A program made the position numbers and the translations under genes. DNA of 64,000 nt from the NCBI GenBank assembly GCA_020891255.1, contig BQFW01000010.1, forward strand, positions 682,001-746,000, in the 5' to 3' direction. The notes beneath the pieces were generated by a model, which searched no databases, was not told where the DNA came from, and worked only from the letters and a program-made list of their open reading frames with translations. Below, one piece after another: positions 60,689-64,000 of the stretch. This stretch comes from Entomortierella parvispora E1425. Taxonomy: Eukaryota; Fungi; Mortierellomycota. Numbering within the stretch: the stretch's first letter is position 1; every line of letters starts with the position of its first letter.

Positions 60689-63257
60689 TGTGGTGTTGCT
60701 ACAATGGGTTGGGGATCGGTCGTAGCTCAAGGAGAGAGGGGCTGGTCACAAGTGATCAAGGGAAAGGGGATTGCTTGCGAGGGGGAGGATAGACGTTGCA
60801 GAATCTCACTGTCTAAACTGTGTGAACCAAGTATCAATAAAGATCTCAGTCGGGTGGAAGCTCAAGACTTGTACGAAGGCAAGCTTGATCGGCAGAACAG
60901 GGTCTGTGATATCCAAAGGTAAAGGGGGGGGAGGAGGTTAGACTAGCTACTAATAGTCTCAGCAATCGGAATTAAGGCGTCGATCTTGCTGCTGCTGCAA
61001 AGGGGATATCGGGCAGGAAGTGGGGGGGGGGGAATGTGTATGTGTTCTGTAACGATCAAACAAAAGCAAACGAAAAAGTAGGGAAGGAAGCGACCCAGAG
61101 CAATTACTGCTCTGAACACGAAATTATATTAACGCAATCTTTTAAGGGTATCTAAACTGACTTCTACAAATGTGTGATCTGTATCTACTACACCACACCG
61201 ATCCCAGCTGCCTCATACGAGCTATTCAAGGCGAGTGCCAAGTGAGTTGCTAATACCAAGAGCTAAGATCCCCAAAGTCGACATAAGGAGACCAAAACAT
61301 ATAGTAGAACAGAAGCAAATAAAGGAACGGTAGTGGCGGCCAACTACAAAGTAAATAACGACTGAAGGGCAGTCATTACTACGTGCGAGCGCGAAGACTG
61401 GACTCAATTCGGGATCCATTGAGTGCCACTTCGAATAAGAATGTTCTTGAGCCAGACGAATGGCCTATTCGACTGGAGGGAGCGATTCTTATCCTTGCTT
61501 GTTGTACTTGAAAGATTATAATAACATTGATCATAAGGTAGGCCCAATAAACAATCTCAATATCCAGAGACTCTTATCAGATATATTATGATCTTGTTAT
61601 TCATATCCAGATGGATGTCACCAGTGTTCCGGGATCCAGTCCAAGGGATTCCTGTACATTAACGGTCAATGATCGTCGGTATTGTTTCTCTCGTACGCGC
61701 CTAGTCCGCGGTACTTGTCAACGGGATCCTGAGTTGAAGTTCAACGGCTAAGGGTGAGGGGCGCAATGCTCGACGGAAACAAGACTGGTAAGACATGATT
61801 CGGCTTGGGACTCGAGACTCTGGCGGCAAGAACAAGGTAGAAGATCGAGCGAAAGGCAACAAATAAAAGATAACGGGTATTGAACGATAAAAAAAAAGGG
61901 GGGGGCAATAAATCGCTCGATAATCAACCAAATTCAAAACGAAGGGCAGTTTTGAAATCCACACGAGAAAAGAACATAGAAAGGTCGTGGTTTCAAAGTA
62001 GGTTATAACGTGGGAGGTAGTGCGTCGAATTCTGCATGTGCCAAAAAAAAAACAATTAATTGAATTACTTGCTCTAATTCAGCCCATGTGAGAAAAATGG
62101 TCGTGGAAAAAAAATCGGTATCCGACAAAGACAAAATAAGGGACTGAGCACTTCATCCTTGACGGTTGGAAGAGGTTGTAAAAGGATGGAATGACGCGAA
62201 AGGAGAGAAGGAGAAAGAAGGCGAGTGTTCAAGGTGGACAATGGGTCGAAAAACAGCAGTGAAAGACGAAAATGCTGTGGCTCAGCTAATACTCAGCGGA
62301 TTTCAAAACAAAGGACGGTTCTGGAATCTTCTCGAAGAACGAACATAAGAAGGTACCATTCTTAAGGTAGCTCATAACAGAGTGTGACTGCTCCGAAATG
62401 TTCCGAATGGAGAAAAAAATGAAATTAATTCAGATCCGAGATCTCAATTCGGGTGCATGCGACCACAAATGAACACAAATGAACACGAATGAAGACGAGA
62501 TTTGTTGAGGAAAATACCGGGAAGTATTATCCTCAGCAGAGGGATAGGGACGAAAGCGGAAAGAAGACGCGGGGGGCAAAGGAGTGAAAAAAAAAAAAAA
62601 AAAAGAAAAAGAAAAAAGAAAAAGTCCAAGAGGGCCGGACGGGGACCATATAAACAAAAGTGCACACAGTGAAGTGGACCTCTGTCTATATCCTCTTATT
62701 GCAGTACCCAGCAATGGTTGCCCAGGTTCTCCACCATTTTCGTTCGGGTGTGGTGTTGCTACAATGGGTTGGGGATCGGTCGTAGCTCAAGGAGAGAGGG
62801 GCTGGTCACAAGTGATCAAGGGAAAGGGGATTGCTTGCGAGGGGGAGGATAGACGTTGCAGAATCTCACTGTCTAAACTGTGTGAACCAAGTATCAATAA
62901 AGATCTCAGTCGGGTGGAAGCTCAAGACTTGTACGAAGGCAAGCTTGATCGGCAGAACAGGGTCTGTGATATCCAAAGGTAAAGGGGGGGGAGGAGGTTA
63001 GACTAGCTACTAATAGTCTCAGCAATCGGAATTAAGGCGTCGATCTTGCTGCTGCTGCAAAGGGGATATCGGGCAGGAAGTGGGGGGGGGGGAATGTGTA
63101 TGTGTTCTGTAACGATCAAACAAAAGCAAACGAAAAAGTAGGGAAGGAAGCGACCCAGAGCAATTACTGCTCTGAACACGAAATTATATTAACGCAATCT
63201 TTTAAGGGTATCTAAACTGACTTCTACAAATGTGTGATCTGTATCTACTACACCACA
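60689..63257 (-). mobile_element. Non-autonomous LTR element C (TRIM/LARD-like): 509-bp LTRs at 60689-61197 and 62749-63257, about 1.55 kb non-coding interior
   Basis: The two LTRs match base for base by eye (offset 2060); TGTGGTGT...ACACCACA termini; 4-bp TSD GTGG (60685-60688 and 63258-63261); no long internal ORF. Confidence 0.92.
62719..62736 (-). other. Primer-binding site complementary to the 3' 18 nt of a tRNA-Ala
   Basis: The - strand reads TGGTGGAGAACCTGGGCA. The + strand TG-CCCAG-GTTCTCC-A-CCA fits tRNA positions 59-76 with U70, A73 and CCA, consistent with the Ala G3:U70 identity. Confidence 0.8.
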
Positions 63258-63366
63258 GTGGCAATGGTGGCAATGGTTGTAGTTGACCCTTTGTTTGTGG
63301 CTTTGTGAGTGAAGGCGCTGCACGGTCAGTCTGATTTGACTGTTGCACGAGGTCTATTTGTTTGCA

Positions 63367-63737
63367 CGAGATCTCCAACGGCAAAGTCTGGTTGTGGCTG
63401 GAATCGTTTGTTGTAGTTGCGTTCTTGGTTTTCTTGCGCTGTCTTGATATAGAATTGCAAGTCTTCTTGGATGCGTTTCAGCTCTTGGAGGCGGTCCTTT
63501 GCGAAGGGGCTGCTAGCCGCGACCCGAGGGACGTTGACGCTGAAACGAGGGTGGTAGCCTTGATGAGCAAAGAAGGGAGTTTGCTTTGTGGTTGCTTGCA
63601 CTGAATTGTTGTAACAGAGTTCGGCCATCGGTAAGTGGCTACTCCAGTCGTCCTGTTGATAACTTGTGAAGCAACGAAGATATTGCTCCAGAGTGGCATT
63701 GGTGCGCTCCGTCTGTCCGTCTGTCTGTGGATGATAG
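63367..63737 (-). mobile_element. Element A integrase core fragment
   Basis: YHPQTDGQTERTNATLEQYLRCFTSYQQDDWSSHLPMAELCYNN...TPFFAHQGYHP...DFAVGDLV; no stop codons. Confidence 0.93.
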
Positions 63738-64000
63738 TGTCACGGTCGGACAAGGCAGGAACAAGAGAAAGAGGGAAGGTATGGTTTATTGGGAATTGTG
63801 AATTGCAGACTGGGGAATACAGCTATGAATCAAGGGGGTTTTTATACTAGAGAGAGGTGCGGGCCTGGACCTTGTCTGCGTTGTGTCAGGGAGGGCGCCG
63901 GGAAGTATAATCATAAGCTCGACCTATGAGTTGGGTCGTAGATGGCGACAACGGTGATGAAGGAGGAGATGGAGGTCCAAATGGGTGCAGCCGACGGATA
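63738..64000 (-). mobile_element. Second copy of LTR A (partial, runs off the window end), abutting the integrase core
   Basis: Matches 59690-59952 with one substitution seen (59825 A vs 63873 T); begins at the exact TGTCACGG terminus. Confidence 0.95.

Larger units (their letters stand above)
60597..63366 (-). mobile_element. Solo LTR B (about 197 bp: 60597-60688 plus 63262-63366) inserted in the element A integrase and itself interrupted by element C
   Basis: TGCAA...TTGCA termini; 5-bp TSD CGAGA (60592-60596 and 63367-63371), whose removal restores AVGDLVMLK; TATAAA and AATAAA on the - strand. Confidence 0.85.

Noticed and set aside
60780-60790. GAGGGGGAGGAT in LTR C resembles the PPT of element A
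   Set aside because: Opposite orientation and internal to the LTR; a short purine run is likely coincidental.
60677-60922. Duplicated ORF (also 62584-62982) ending KLDRQNRVCDIQR
   Set aside because: It lies within the identical LTRs of element C, so the duplication reflects the LTR, and no domain is recognisable.
61400-61800. Possible gag remnant inside element C (QDPVDKYRGLG...)
   Set aside because: Too short and interrupted by stops to support a call without a profile search.
62719-62736. tRNA-like sequence ending in CCA
   Set aside because: Only the 3' 18 nt are present, with no D or anticodon arms, so it is treated as a retroelement PBS and not a tRNA gene.
1-64000. CRISPR arrays, rRNA or tRNA genes; many antisense ORFs overlapping real CDSs
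   Set aside because: No regularly spaced repeat-spacer array or structural RNA was recognised. Antisense ORFs (e.g. 12687-13304, 37458-38147, 56175-56954) are shadows of real coding strands.

Overview
Intron-rich eukaryotic DNA (GT-AG introns). The gene families and compact layout suggest an early-diverging fungus, most likely Mortierellaceae; this is an inference, not a database result. Positions 1-57 kb are gene-dense: a BTB-BACK-TLDc protein (runs off the window start), a cytochrome P450, a divergent CDC27/APC3-like TPR protein, three F-box/LRR-like proteins, a dienelactone hydrolase, a DUF4203 membrane protein, a 60-aa secreted Cys-rich peptide, TSR4/PDCD2L, THOC7, a PY-motif tail-anchored protein, a GLO3-type ArfGAP, a myosin-motor chitin synthase, an ABCC transporter, a 2-TM polyQ protein and a Mei2-like RRM protein. 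Four loci stand out. (1) A bacterial-type sugar ABC substrate-binding protein gene with no signal peptide and a predicted 75-nt spliceosomal intron, head-to-head with the ABCC gene and upstream of the chitin synthase. (2) A frameshifted, truncated Fanzor/TnpB-like RuvC relic at 30.5-31.7 kb. (3) A nested LTR stack at 59.7-64 kb: a chromovirus integrase split by a solo LTR, which is itself split by a non-coding element with identical 509-bp LTRs, a 4-bp TSD and an 18-nt tRNA-Ala primer-binding site 12 nt from the LTR. (4) The small secreted CC-C-C peptide. No rRNA, tRNA genes or CRISPR arrays were seen. Exon boundaries were read by eye, and homology calls come from motif recognition, not searches.
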